A stretch of DNA of 64,000 bases. Origin: an uncultured Acidobacteriota bacterium. Lineage in GTDB: Bacteria > Acidobacteriota > Blastocatellia > RBC074. The position numbers and the translations under genes were made by a program. Below the pieces are notes generated by a model. The model saw nothing but the letters and a program-made list of their open reading frames with translations, did no database searches and was not told the origin of the DNA. The stretch lies in assembly GCA_963796275.1 (NCBI GenBank), contig CAWCKY010000004.1, forward strand, positions 128,001 to 192,000. The letters run 5' to 3'. Positions 1 through 49,900 of this stretch are shown piece by piece. The first letter of the stretch is position 1, and the number at the start of each line of letters is the position of its first letter.

Positions 1-36717
<36,717 letters not shown>

Positions 36718-36880
36718 ACCGGATATTGGGAATTAAATATAATTGATGAAAGTGGAGGGGCAGCTGAAGCGGGCACACAAGGGTGAAGACAAATGTTCCT
36801 GAGGAGCAAAAGTCATACCTGACACTCAATAGATTTGCGCGGGTCAGAATTTTCTGCTCAATCAGATACCTATCTCCTCG

Positions 36881-36925
36881 AAAAAGAGCAGGGGAGAAAT
36901 CGGTTGATTTCTCCCCCTGCTCTTT
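36881..36925 (-). terminator. Rho-independent terminator-like hairpin ~165 nt upstream of the NRPS-B start
   Basis: aaagagcaggggagaaatc-ggtt-gatttctccccctgctcttt forms a 19-bp stem with one bulge, with a U5 tract on the minus strand. Confidence 0.75.
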
Positions 36926-36950
36926 GATCTTATTCATAACTCGGCATTAC

Positions 36951-36964
36951 AACTCGCCTGAGTT
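36951..36964. promoter_or_regulatory. Palindrome AACTC-N4-GAGTT (candidate operator or small hairpin), copy 1
   Basis: aactc-gcct-gagtt; the arms are invariant in three copies while the spacer varies. Confidence 0.5.
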
Positions 36965-37171
36965 ATTACTCACTTTTATTGATTGAATGAAAATGTAACT
37001 AAAATATAACTAAATGGAATCAATGGTATTGAGATCTCGTTGACTCTCCGAGTCGTCTTTGCTGTCTGGCTTACAGACAAGCGGTGCCTTAGTTTCGGTC
37101 ATCCGCTTCTTTCTTGTCCGGAACCAAGCCAACATCAGATTTCGTTTGATCCGGCCGCCTAGTCGATTTCC

Positions 37172-37970
37172 TCATTCGTTCGAGCCGATCAAGTTGCGCC
37201 CTTTCCCTCGGATAAACTCCTCAAGTTTGGCCGTAAGCGTCTGTCCAATCTGAGAAGTCGGCTCACGAAATGCGAGCATGTCATGGTGCCGGCCCGCGAC
37301 CGGATGTACCTCAATTTCTCCGCAGACATATCGCCTCCAGGCTTCTGGAATGGCCGCAGCATTTCCTTCAGAATCAGTAGCAGTAAAGAGTAAAAGATCG
37401 CCATCGTATCGTTGTGGGATGAAGGCGTTCATAGCAGAGATGCTGCTTTGAATGTCTTCGACAAGGGTATCAAGCGGGAAGTCTCCCAGGTGACGGGAGA
37501 GTTCATTGAAGAACGAGGTATCTAAAGGTTTGTCTTCCGTATCATAGCCCAGATATCGACATACCCCGGAAAGTATCTGATCTTGAGTCACCTGGACAGG
37601 CGTTTGCTGAATAATCGGCGGATAGGCATCCAGAAGGGCAAGAAGGGCAACTTCATCCCCTTGTTGCTGAAGGAGAGTCGCAATCGCATGCGCGATAAGT
37701 CCGCCCAATGACCAACCGATTAAATAATAGGGTCCGGCAGGTTGGATCTTGCGGATACTGATCAATGTAATCGGCGGCCATCTCTTCAACTGTTTGTGGG
37801 ATGAATTCTGGATCGCTAAAGTGACGAGATTGCAGTCCATAGATTGGGCAGTCTGCACCGATGTAGTGCATCAGCCTGGTGTAGCACCAGCTAAGCCCCC
37901 CGCCAGGATGAATGCAAAACAGTGGAGGAAGGTTGCCTTTAGATCTGAGCGGCAGCATGACCTCAAATGC
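37172..37970 (-). other. NRPS-A thioesterase domain
   Basis: [16 protein letters not shown] (37700-37717), LLDAYPP and GRHHDML. One extra base at ~37757 shifts the frame. Confidence 0.9.
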
Positions 37971-40900
37971 ATTTCGATCAGTAGGATGGGATAATTTTAG
38001 CGCAAGTTCAGCCACGGTCGGCGCTGTGAACAGGCTGTGGATCGGGAGCTCAACTCCCAGCGTTGTCCGCACTCGGCCCATCAGTCTCGCCGCCAGCAGC
38101 GAATGGCCTCCCAGCTCGAAGAAGTTATCGTTGATGCCGACCCGTTCCAGCTTCAATGCCTCGGCGAACAATGCGCAGAGAATCTCTTCTTTGGGATTGC
38201 GCGGCGCCCACCACAACGCCGTTGGGATCATCTCCGGCTCCGGCAGCGCCCTCCGATCCAGTTTCCCGTTCGGCGTCAGCGGCAGCGCATCCAACTCGAC
38301 GATCGCCGCCGGCACCATGTAATTCGGCAGCCGTTGGGCTATCCGCTGCCGCACCGCGCCCGCATCAATGCTCCCGCCGGCTGCCGGCACGACATATCCC
38401 ACCAGGCGCCTCTCTCCCGCACTATCTTCGCGCGCCACCACCGCTGCCTGCGCCACTTCGGGAATCTCGCGCAGTGCTTCCTCGATCTCCCCAGGCTCTA
38501 CTCGGAAGCCCCGTATCTTCACCTGCTCATCGCTTCGGCCCACAAACTCCAACTTCCCATCCGCTCGCCATCTCGCCAGGTCTCCCGTCCGGTACATCCG
38601 CCTTCCTGGCCCTCCATAAAGATCGGCCACAAACCTCTCACCTGTCAGGGCAGGTCGCTTCAGATATCCGCGCGCCAGTCCCACTCCTGCTATGTAGAGC
38701 TCTCCCGTCACCCCCATCGGCACAGGTCTCAAACCTCCATCCAAAACATACACTCGAATATTCCAGATGGGAGCGCCAATTGCCGCTGAAACCGGCCATT
38801 GAGATGTGTCCGGAGGAAGGCTATACGCAGTCGCTACATGAGTTTCGGTAGGACCATAATGGTTGTACAGCCGCCTATTCCCATGACGATAGAACTCACG
38901 CATTTGCTCACTCAGGGTTAGCGCTTCTCCCGCCTGTGCCACCTCGACCAAACTTTTAAGATCGCTGCCCAACTGGCTGGCAGTTTCGCATAGAACCTCG
39001 ATCACTAGAGTGGGTGCAAACAATTCGTTCACTTTATACTGCTCAATCCAACGAACGAGTTCTGCAGGAGTATGGCGGGTCTCATTCGAAGGAATGATCA
39101 ATGTCTTGCCAGACGTCAGCGCAGATAGAATTTCCTGTGCCGAAACATCGAAGCTAAGCGCTGTGAATTGCGCCACCTTCGTTCCTGAACCGCCAGAGAT
39201 TAACCCCCTTTGCCAACTCAGAAGATTGGTCAATCCCCCCGCGCTCATCATCACCCCTTTGGGAACACCGGTGGAACCGGAGGTGTAGATGACATAGATA
39301 GGGTTCTCTGGCCTGAGCGGGCTTCGACGATCTCCATCTCCTGGATTTCCATCCACACTCTGCGCCAATCTCACAATTATCTCCGGGTGGTCCAGGATCA
39401 GACAGCGCGAGATATCTGGTGTATTGAGTGCCGCCTCGCCAGTCGTCAGCATATATGCCGGCTCGGCATCTGCCAGCATAAAGGCTATTCGCTGAGCCGG
39501 ATAATCCAGGTCGATCGGCAGATAGGCCGCCCCGGCCTTCAATATCCCCAGCAGCGCGACGATCATCTCCAACGACCGCGGCACGGCCAATCCCACCACA
39601 TCCTCCGGCCCGATCCCCTCCCCGATCAGCAGGTGCGCTAGCTGATTGGCTCGCTCGTTCAACTCTCGGTAGTTGAGCTCTTGCTCCCCGAAGACCACTG
39701 CCACCGCTTCCGGCGTTCTCTGGACCTGCAGCTCGAACAACTCCACCACTGTAGTCTCCCGTATCTCTCGCGCTGTTCGGTTCCACTCCTCCAGTATCTG
39801 TATGCGTTCCTCTTCTCCCAGCAGCTCGATGCTTCCGATCCTCCCTTGCGCATCCCCTGCCATCGCCTCCACCACTCTCACGTAATGGCGTCCCATCTGC
39901 TCCATCCGCCATCCATCAAACAGCTCCCGATTGTAGAGCCAGTAGAATCCTATCTCTCCCTCTCTCTCCCACGCGTGCACCTCCAGGTCGTACTTCACTC
40001 GCATCTCATCTCCCGACACCGGCTCCAGCTCCAGCCCCTTCATCTGTTCCGGTATCCGGGGCGCATTCTGCAACGCGAAGATCACTTGGAAGATGGGGGT
40101 CGTGTTCAGACTCCTCTCCGGCGACAACTCCTCCACCAATCGCTCGAACGGCATATCCTGATGCTCATAGGCCTCCAGCGCCACTCTCCTCACCTCTGCC
40201 ACCAACTCCTCGATCCTCTTCTCCTCATCCACCTTCACCCGCATCACCAGCGTGTTGACGAAGAACCCGATCATCTCCTCCAACTGCGCCTCCTGCCGGT
40301 TGGCGATCGGCGTTCCCACCACCACGTCTTGCTGTCCGCTGTAGCGCTCCAGCAGCACCCCGAAGCCCGCCAGCAACGTCATATAGAGCGTCGCCTGTTG
40401 GCTCTGGCTGAGGCGCTTCAGACGTTCGACCAGATCAACGCTCAAAATCGTCTGCGCCAGCTCGGCATCGAAACTCTGCACCGGCGGTCTGACTCTATCG
40501 GTCGGCAACTCCAGCCGCTCTGCCATTCCATCCAATTGCTGCCTCCAGTACTTCAGCCCCTCGTCCAGCGCTCCCCCTTCCAGCTTATTTCTCTGCCATA
40601 AGGTGAAATCGGCATACTGCACTGTCAGCGGCTTGAGCGGATTCTCTCTCCCCTCACAGAACGCCTGGTAGAGCTCAGCCAGCTCCCGATTGAAGACTCC
40701 CTCCGACCACCCGTCCGAGACGATGTGGTGCATGGTGCGCAAGAGAATATGATCCCGTTCACCCAACTTGAACAGCTTCATCCGCAGCAGCGGCCCGCGC
40801 GCCAGGTCAAACGATTGGCTTGCTTCTTCACGCAGTCCAGCCAGAACTCGTACTTGTCGCTCTTCTTCATCCAACGCTGTCAAATCTTCCACCCGCAGCT

Positions 40901-43900
40901 CGATCCGCAGCTCCGGCTCGATGACCTGCACCGGCTCTCCCTCTATCTCCGCAAAGTGGGTGCGCAGGCTCTCGTGGCGGGTCACGATCGTATTGATCGT
41001 CTTCTCCAGCGCCTGCCGGTCCAGCTCTCCTCTCAACCGGAGCGCGACCGGCATGTTGTACTCGATGCTGCCCCCTGCCAGCCGGTCCAGAAACCAGAGT
41101 CGCTGCTGCGCATACGAGAGCGGCAGCCGCTCGGGCCGCTGCTGGCGCACCAGCGCAGCTCGTCCTATGGTGCTCTCACTCAGCCGCCGGCCCAGCTGCG
41201 CCACACTCGGCGATTCAAACAGCGTCCGAATCGCCAATTCCACTCCCAGCATCGCCCGCACTCGGCTCACCAGACGCGTCGCCAGCAGAGAGTGTCCTCC
41301 GAGCTGGAAGAAGTTATCGTCGATCCCTACTCGCTCTACTCCCAGCACTTCGGCGAACAATGAACAGAGAATCTCCTCGTGCGGGCTGCGCGGCGCTCTA
41401 TACACATCTGAGGAGATCAACTGGGGCTGTGGCAGCGCCTTACGATCCACCTTGCCGTTGGGCGTCAGCGGCAATGCCTCCAACTCTACGATCGCCGCCG
41501 GCACCAGATAATCGGGCAGGTGTTGCGCCAGGCGCTGGCGAACGACGCTCGGATTGATGTTATGACCTGGGGCCGGCACTAGATAGCCGACTAGCAGTTT
41601 CTCGTCGTGCTTATGCTCGCGCGCCACCACCGCTGCCTGCGCCACCTCCGGCAGCTCCCGCAACGCAGCCTCGATCTCCCCCGGCTCGACGCGGAAACCG
41701 CGTATCTTGACCTGTTGATCACTTCGTCCCATGAACTCCAGATTCCCGTCTGCCCGCCAGCGCGCCAGGTCACCGGTGCGGTATATCCTTGTTCCCGGCG
41801 CTCCGTATGGATCAGCAACAAACCGTTCGGCAGTCAGCGCCGGTCGCTTGAGATATCCGCGTGCCAGTCCCGCTCCTGCAATAAAGAGCTCTCCTGCTAC
41901 TCCCACCGGTACTGGCTGCAGTCCCTGATCAAGTACGTACATCTGTGCATTCGTAATCGGCTTCCCGATAGGCACTGCTATTCTGGATAGTTTAGAGCAA
42001 TCGCCATAAACGGAACTCCATACAGTGCCTTCCGTTGGGCCGTATTCATTGAAGAGCTCTGCATCAGCAAATAGATCGGAATGCCGTTCGGGCAGTTCTG
42101 ACGGGCAAGCCTCGCCTGCGACGATTACGCACTTCAAGGAATTTATTTGCCCGGGCTTGGTCTCCTCTAGCAACATCGAATAAAGCGTGGGAAGACACAG
42201 CAAATGGGAAATACTGCTTTCTGCCATCAATCTTGCAAGTTGTGCGGGATCACGTTCGAGTCTCTCATACGGGAGTAAAAGTGTCCCGCCTTGGCATAGT
42301 GTCCAGTAGATGCCGGCGACCGAACTATCAAAGATAAAAGGTGAGGCCAGGAGAAATCTAGATACAGGATCTCTGTAGTAATGAAAACGCGCACGTGTCG
42401 AATTGGCCAAGCTGTAATGCCCGATCAAGACTCCTTTCGGGTTTCCGGTAGAGCCGGAGGTGTAGATGACATAGGCTGGATTGTTCAGCCTCAGCGGCCG
42501 CACGCGCTCCCACTCTTGCGGATTGCTGATCGGGCTCTGCTCCAGTGCCTCAACCATCTCTACCTGGTCGAGCATCAAGCGGCGCACTCTCTCCGGCAAC
42601 CGCTGCGCCGTCTCACAGGTCGTGATCACGCAACACGGCTCCGCATCCTCCAGCATAAAGGCCACTCGCTCGGCTGGATAATCCGGGTCGATCGGCAGAT
42701 AGGCCGCCCCCGCCTTCAATATCCCCAGCAGCGCGACGATCATTTCCAGCGAGCGCGGCAGAGCCAGCGCCACTACATCCTCCGGCCCGATCCCTTCGCC
42801 GATCAGCACGTGCGCCAGGCCGTTGGCTCGCTCGTTCAACTCTCCGTAGGTGAGCTCTTGTTCCCCAAAGACCGCTGCCATCGCCTCCGGCGTTCTCTGG
42901 ACCTGCTGCTCGAACAACTCCACCACTGTAGTCTCCGGTATCTCTCGCGCTGTTCGGTTCCACTCCTCCAGTATCTGCCTGCGCTCCTCCTCTCCCAGCA
43001 GCTCGAGGCTTCCGATCTTCCGTTGCGCATCTGCTGACATTGCCTCCAGCACCCGCACATAATGGCGTCCCATCTGCTCCATCCGCCACCTATCAAACAG
43101 CTCCCGGTTGTAGAGCCACGACAGCACGATCTCGCCCTCCTGCTCCCACGCGTGCACCTCCAGGTCGTACTTCACTCGCATCTCATCTCCCGGCACCGGC
43201 TCCAGCTCCAGTCCCTTCATCCGCTCCGGCATCCACGGCGCATTCTGCAGCGCGAAGACCACCTGGAAGATGGGCGTCGTATTGAGACTCCTCTCCGGCG
43301 ACAACTCCTCCACCAACCGCTCAAACGGCACATCCTGATGCTCATACGCCTCCAGCGCCACGCGCCTCACCTCGCTCACCAACTCTCCTACGCTCTTCTC
43401 CGCATCCACCCCAACCTTCATCACCAGCGTGTTGACGAAGAACCCGATCATCTCCTCCAACTGCGCCTCCTGCCGGTTGGCGATCGGTGATCCCACCAAC
43501 ACCTCTTCCTGTCCGCTGTAGCGCTCCAGCAGCACCCCGAACCCTGTCAGCAATACCATATAGAGCGTCGCCTGCTGGCTCTGGCTCAACTGTTTCAAAG
43601 CGCTCGTCTGCTCACGGCTGAAGCTCACCTGACACAGTTCCGCCGCGAAGCTCTGCACCGGCGGTCTGACTCTATCGGTCGGCAGCTCCAGCCGTTCCGG
43701 TATCCCCGCCAGCTGCTCTTTCCAGTAGCCCAGTCCTCCTGCCAGGACCTCCTGCTCCAGCCACTGTCTCTGCCACAAGGCGAAGTCGGCGTACTGGACT
43801 GACAGAGGTTTGAGCGGATTCTCTCTTCCTTCACAGTAAGCCTCGTAGAGCAGCGACAACTCCCGGTTGAAGACTCCTTCCGACCAGCCGTCCGAGACGA

Positions 43901-46900
43901 TGTGGTGCATCGTCCGCAGCAAGAGATGATCGCCCTCGCCCAGCTTGAGCAGCCTCATCCGCAGCAGCGGCCCGCACGCCAGGTCGAAAGGGAAGCTCGC
44001 TTCCTCCCGCAGTGCAGCCATGACATGTGCTTGTTGCTTCTCCTCATCGGGCCCACTTAAATCTTCCAAAAGCAGCTTGATCTGCAGCTCCGGCTCGATG
44101 ACCTGGAGAGGCTCTCCGTCGATCTCAGCAAAGTGCGTCCTCAGGCTCTCGTGACGGGAGATGATCGTATTGATCGTCTTCTCCAGAGCTTGGCAGTCGA
44201 GCTTTCCACACAACCGCAGGGCGCAGGGCATGTTGTACTCGGTGCTGGCTTCTCCCAGCCGGTCCAGAAACCACAGCCGATGTTGCGCATACGAGAGCGG
44301 CAGCCGCTCGGGCCGCTGCTGGCGCACCAGTGGAGGCGCTTTGTCGAAATTCCGCAGACGCGGGGCGAGGAGGGCAACAGTAGGCGACTCAAATAGCATC
44401 CGAATAGCCACTTCCACTCCCAGTGCCGCCCGCACTCGACTGACCAGGCGGGTCGCCAGCAGCGAGTGCCCCCCTAGTTCGAAGAAATTGTCGTCGATTC
44501 CAACTCTATGCTGACCCAACATTTCCCCAAACAATGAGCAAAGAATCTCCTCTTTTGGGCTGCGCGGCGCTCTATACACATCTGAGGAGATCAGCTCGGG
44601 CTCCGGCAGCCCTTTGCGATCCAGCTTGCCGTTGGGAGTCAGTGGCAGTGCTTCCATCTCGACGATCGCCGACGGCACCATGTACTCCGGCAGGCGTTGC
44701 GCTATCCACTGCCGCACAGCCCTGACATCAATGCTTCCGCCGGCTGTGGGCACCACATAACCCACCAGTCGCTTCTCTCCCGCACGATCTGCGCGCACCA
44801 CCACCGCCGCCTGCGCCACCTCCGGCAGTTCGCGCTGCGCCGCCTCGATCTCTCCCAACTCCACCCGGAAGCCCCGTATCTTCACCTGCTCATCGGCACG
44901 TCCCAGGAACTCCAGATTCCCATCTCTCCGCCAGCGCGCAAGATCTCCCGTCCGGTACATCCTCCTTCCAGCCTCTCCGTATGGGTCGGCCACGAATCGT
45001 TCCCCCGTCAGACCCGCCCTCTTCAGATATCCACGCGCCAGTTGCACTCCCCCAAGGTAGAGCTCTCCTCCCACTCCTACTGGCATCGGCTGCAGTTGCT
45101 CATTGAGCACATACAGCTGCGTGTTCCATACCGCGGCGCCGATCGGCACCGGAACCGATTCATCATCGGGCCGTGCTCTCCAGTAGCTGACATCCACCGC
45201 TGCTTCTGTCGGTCCATACAAGTTGTGCAGCTCGGCTTCCATCACCGCGTGGAATCGATCTCGCAATTGCCCCGGCAGTTCCTCCCCGCTACAAAATACT
45301 CGGCACAGTCTGATACCCCTTGCTGCCGGCTCGGCTAAAAACTGCTCCAGCATCGAGGGCACGAAATGTATGGTCGTGATTCCTTGCTCGCGAATGATCG
45401 AGGCCAGCCAGGCCGGATCTTTGTGACTATCTGGTGGCGCCACCACCAGCGTCGCCCCGGCAATCGGCGCCAGGAAGAACTCCCACACCGACACGTCGAA
45501 ACTTGCTGGTGTTTTCTGCAGTATCCGATCACCAGCCCCAATACCGTAGTGCTCACGCATCCACTCCAGCCGGTTGACGATCGCCTTGTGCTCGATCGCC
45601 GCCCCTTTGGGCCTCCCCGTAGAGCCGGATGTGTAGATGACATAAGCGGTATTGTCTGGTCTCAGAGCCCGCACTCGTTCCCGGTCTGTCGGGTTGATCT
45701 GTGAGCTCTGCTCCAGAGCCCGGGCCAGATCGGCCAGATCAGGTTGATCGAGTAATAAGCGACGTGGAGTCTCGGGCAGCCGTTCCGCCATCCGACTGAT
45801 TGGAGATCAGGCAAGCCGGCTCGGCATCCTCCAGCATAAAGGCCAGCTCGCTCGGCCGGATAATGCAGGATCGATCGGCAGATAGGCCGCCCCCGCCTTC
45901 AATATCCCCAGCAGCGCGACGATCATCTCCAAAGAACGCGGCAGGGCGAGGGCAACCACATCCTCCGGTCCAATCCCTTCATCCATCAGCACGTGTGCCA
46001 GGCGATTCGCCCGTTCATTCAACTCTCTGTAACTCAGCTCTTGCTCCCCAAAGACCACCGCCACGGCCTGTGGGCTCTTCTTCACCTGCTGCTCGAACAG
46101 CTCTACCAGCGTCGCCTGCGCTATCTCCCTCTCCGTCCGGTTCCACTCCTCCAGTATCTGCCTCCGCTCACCTCCATCCAGCAGCTCGATCCGCTTGATC
46201 GCCTGTCGCACATCGGCCGTCATCGACTCCATCATTCGCAGATAGTGGCGCCCCATCTGCTCCATCCGCCACCCATCGAACAAGTCCCGGTTATAGATCC
46301 AGTACAATCTCAGCTCTTCCTCTACCTCCCACGCGTGCACCTCCAGGTCATAGCGCACTCGCAGCTCATCTCCCGTCACCGGCTCCACCTCCAGCCCCTT
46401 CATCTGCTCCGGCATCCACGGCGCATTCTGCAACGCGAAGACTACCTGGAAGATCGGCGTCGTGTTCAGACTTCTTTCCGGCGACAACTCCTCCACCAGC
46501 CGCTCAAACGGCACATCCTGATGCTCATAGGCCTCCAACGCCACGCGCCTCACCTCTGCCACCAACTCCTCGATCCTCTTCTCCTCATCCACCCTCACCT
46601 TCATCACCAGCGTATTGACGAAGAATCCGATCATCTCCTCCAACTGCGTCTCCTGCCGGTTCGCGATCGGTGATCCCACCACCACCTCTTCCTGTCCGCT
46701 GTAGCGCTCCAGCAGCACCCCGAACCCCGCCAGCAATACCATATAGAGCGTCGCCTGCTGGCTCTGGCTGAGGCGCTTCAAGCCATCGACCTGCTCCCGG
46801 CTCAAACTCACCTGACACAGTTCCGCCGCGAAGCTCTGCACCGGTGGTCTGACTCTATCGGTCGGCAGCTCCAGCCGCTCCGGTATCCCCGCCAGCTGCT

Positions 46901-49900
46901 TACTCCAGTAGGCCAGCCCTCCTCGCAGCCCCTCCTGCTCCAGCCACTCTCTCTGCCACAAGGCGAAGTCGGCATACTGGACTGACAGAGGTCTGAGCGG
47001 ATTCTCTCTCCCCTCACAGTAAGCCTGGTAGAGCTCCGCCAGCTCCCGATTGAAGACTCCCTCCGACCACCCGTCCGAGACGATGTGGTGCATCGTTCGC
47101 AGCAGGATATAATCGCGTTCACCCAGCTTGAGCAGCTTCATCCGCAGCAGCGGCCCGCACCCCAGGTCGAAAGGGAGGCTCGCTTCTTCACGCAGTCCAG
47201 CCAGAACTCGTACTTGTCGCTCTTCTTCATCCAGCGCTGTCAAATCTTCCACCCGCAGCTCGATCCGCAGCTCCGGCTCGATGACCTGCACCGGCTCTCC
47301 CTCTATCTCCGCAAAGTGGGTGCGCAGGCTCTCGTGGCGGGTCACGATCGTATTGATCGTCTTCTCCAGCGCCTGCCGGTCCAGCTCTCCTCTCAACCGG
47401 AGCGCGACCGGCATGTTGTACTCGATGCTGCCCCCTGCCAGCCGGTCCAGAAACCAGAGTCGCTGCTGCGCATACGAAAGCGGCAGCCGCTCGGGCCGCT
47501 GCCGGCGCACCAGCGCAGCTCGTCCTATGGTGCTCTCACTCAGCCGCCGGCCCAGCTGCGCCACACTCGGCGATTCAAACAGCGTCCGAATCGCCAATTC
47601 CACTCCCAGCATCGCCCGCACTCGGCTCACCAGCCGCGTCGCCAGCAGAGAGTGTCCTCCGAGCTGGAAGAAGTTGTCGTCGATCCCTACTCGCTCTACT
47701 CCCAGCACCTCGGCGAACAATGAACAGAGAATCTCCTCGTGCGGGCTGCGCGGCGCTCTATACACATCTGTGGAGATCAACTCGGGCTCTGGCAGCGCCT
47801 TACGATCGAGCTTGCCATTTGGCGTCAGCGGCAGCTCTTCCATCTCGACGATCGCTGCCGGCACCATATAGTCTGGCAGACGTTGCGCCAACTGTTGTCG
47901 TAACGTGCCGGCATCAATGCTCTCCCCGGCTGCGGGCACCACATAGCCGGCCAGCAGTCTCTCGCCCGCACGATCCGCGCGCGCCATCACCGCTGCCTGC
48001 GCGACCTCCGGCAGCTCCCGCAGCGCCGCCTCGATCTCCCCCGGCTCGATCCGGAATCCTCGTATCTTCACCTGCTCATCGCTCCGCCCCACAAACTCCA
48101 GGTTCCCATCCGCTCGCCAGCGCGCCAGGTCTCCCGTCCGGTACATCCGCTCTCCCGCCTCTCCATTCGGATCCGCCACAAATCGTTCGCCTGTCAGCTC
48201 CGGGCGCTTCAGATATCCGCGCGCCAACCCAGCTCCCGCTATATACAGCTCTCCCACCACTCCCACCGGCGCCGGCTGCAGACTCCCGTCCAACACATAG
48301 ACTCGGGTGTTTGCTATCCCTCTGCCTATCGGAATGCGCTCCTCTTCTTTCTCTACTTTTTTGACTCTATACCATGTCGAAAATGTCGTTGTTTCGGTTG
48401 GTCCATAGACGTGTATTAACTGGTTCGGCGCTCCTTCTCTGAGGACAAGCTCCGGCCATTGGGGATCGACCGCCTCTCCTCCGAATAGCAAATATCGTAT
48501 CCCGCTAAATGCCTCTTTTGCTCCCCGCGCTACCTGGTTGAAAAGCGCCGTGGTCAAGAACATGACCGTAACCTTTTCATCCCTCAGTTTCCTGCTCAGA
48601 TCTGCCGGACTTAAGACTGTCGCTTTGTCGATCAATACCACCGATGCCCCATTCAACAGCGCTCCCCACACCTCGAAGGTCACTGCATCGAATGATGCGT
48701 TGGCTGCTTGTGCGATCCGATCCGTCTCGCGCAGCTCTACGTAATCGGTATTGATCACCAGCCGGGTAATCGCCTGGTGCGTTACCATTGTCCCCTTCGG
48801 CTTCCCGGTAGAACCCGAGGTATACATCACATAGGCCAGGTTTCGTGCATCAAAGCGGCCTTCAATATTTTCTCCACTCTCCTCAGCGATCCGCTCCCTC
48901 TCAACATCGAGCTCGATTTTTTTGCCCGTATAAGCGGGCAATTGCGGCTTCCATCTCTGTTGGACGAGCAAAACTGCGACTTGCGCATCCTCCAGCATAA
49001 AGGCGATCCGCTCGGCCGGATAGTCCGGGTCGATCGGCAGATAAGCCGCTCCCGCCTTCAATATCCCCAGCAGCGCGACGATCATCTCCAAAGAACGCGG
49101 CAGGGCGAGGGCAACCACGTCCTCCGGTCCAATCCCTTCATCCATCAGCACGTGTGCCAGCCGATTGGCCCGTTCATTCAACTCTCTGTAGTTCAGCTCT
49201 TGCTCCCCAAAGACCACCGCCACGGCCTGTGGGCTCTTCTTCACCTGCTGCTCGAACAGCTCTACCAGCGTCGCCTGCGCTATCTCCCTCTCCGTCCGGT
49301 TCCACTCCTCCAGTATCTGCCTCCGCTCACCTCCATCCAGCAGCTCGATCCGCTTGATCGCCTGTCGCACATCGGCCGTCATCGACTCCACCACTCGCAG
49401 ATAGTGGCGCCCCATCTGCTCCATCCGCCACCCATCGAACAAGTCCCGGTTATATATCCAGTACAATCTCAGCTCTTCCTCTACCTCCCACGCGTGCACC
49501 TCCAGGTCATAGCGCACTCGCAGCTCATCTCCCGTCACCGGCTCCACCTCCAGCCCCTTCATCTGCTCCGGCATCCACGGCGCATTCTGCAACGCGAAGA
49601 CTACCTGGAAGATCGGCGTCGTGTTCAGACTTCTTTCCGGCGACAACTCCTCCACCAGCCGCTCGAACGGCACATCCTGATGCTCATAGGCCTCCAACGC
49701 CACGCGCCTCGCCTCTGCCACCAACTCCTCGATCCTCTTCTCCTCATCCACCCTCACCTTCATCACCAGCGTATTGACGAAGAATCCGATCATCTCCTCC
49801 AACTGCGTCTCCTGCCGGTTCGCGATCGGTGATCCCACCACCACCTCTTCCTGTCCGCTGTAGCGCTCCAGCAGCACCCCGAACCCCGCCAGCAATACCA

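Larger units (their letters stand above)
36718..37224 (-). repeat. Conserved NRPS leader block, copy upstream of NRPS-B; includes the last 53 nt of NRPS-A
   Basis: Aligns along its whole length, with few substitutions and indels, to 63382-63867. Confidence 0.92.

Noticed and set aside
36718-36790. Sigma70 promoter directly before the NRPS ATG
   Set aside because: A TATATT-like hexamer is present but there is no properly spaced -35 element.
37085-37145. Hammerhead-like CUGAUG...GAAA or known riboswitch in the leader
   Set aside because: The core consensus is incomplete and not retained in the second copy; an Rfam scan would be needed to exclude it fully.
37059-37253. Plus-strand small ORFs 37059..37253 and 63702..63986
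   Set aside because: They start with TTG, and the frame is not conserved between the two copies because of indels.
37172-37858. Stand-alone type II thioesterase
   Set aside because: It is the C-terminal half of the in-line TE, separated by one extra base at ~37757.
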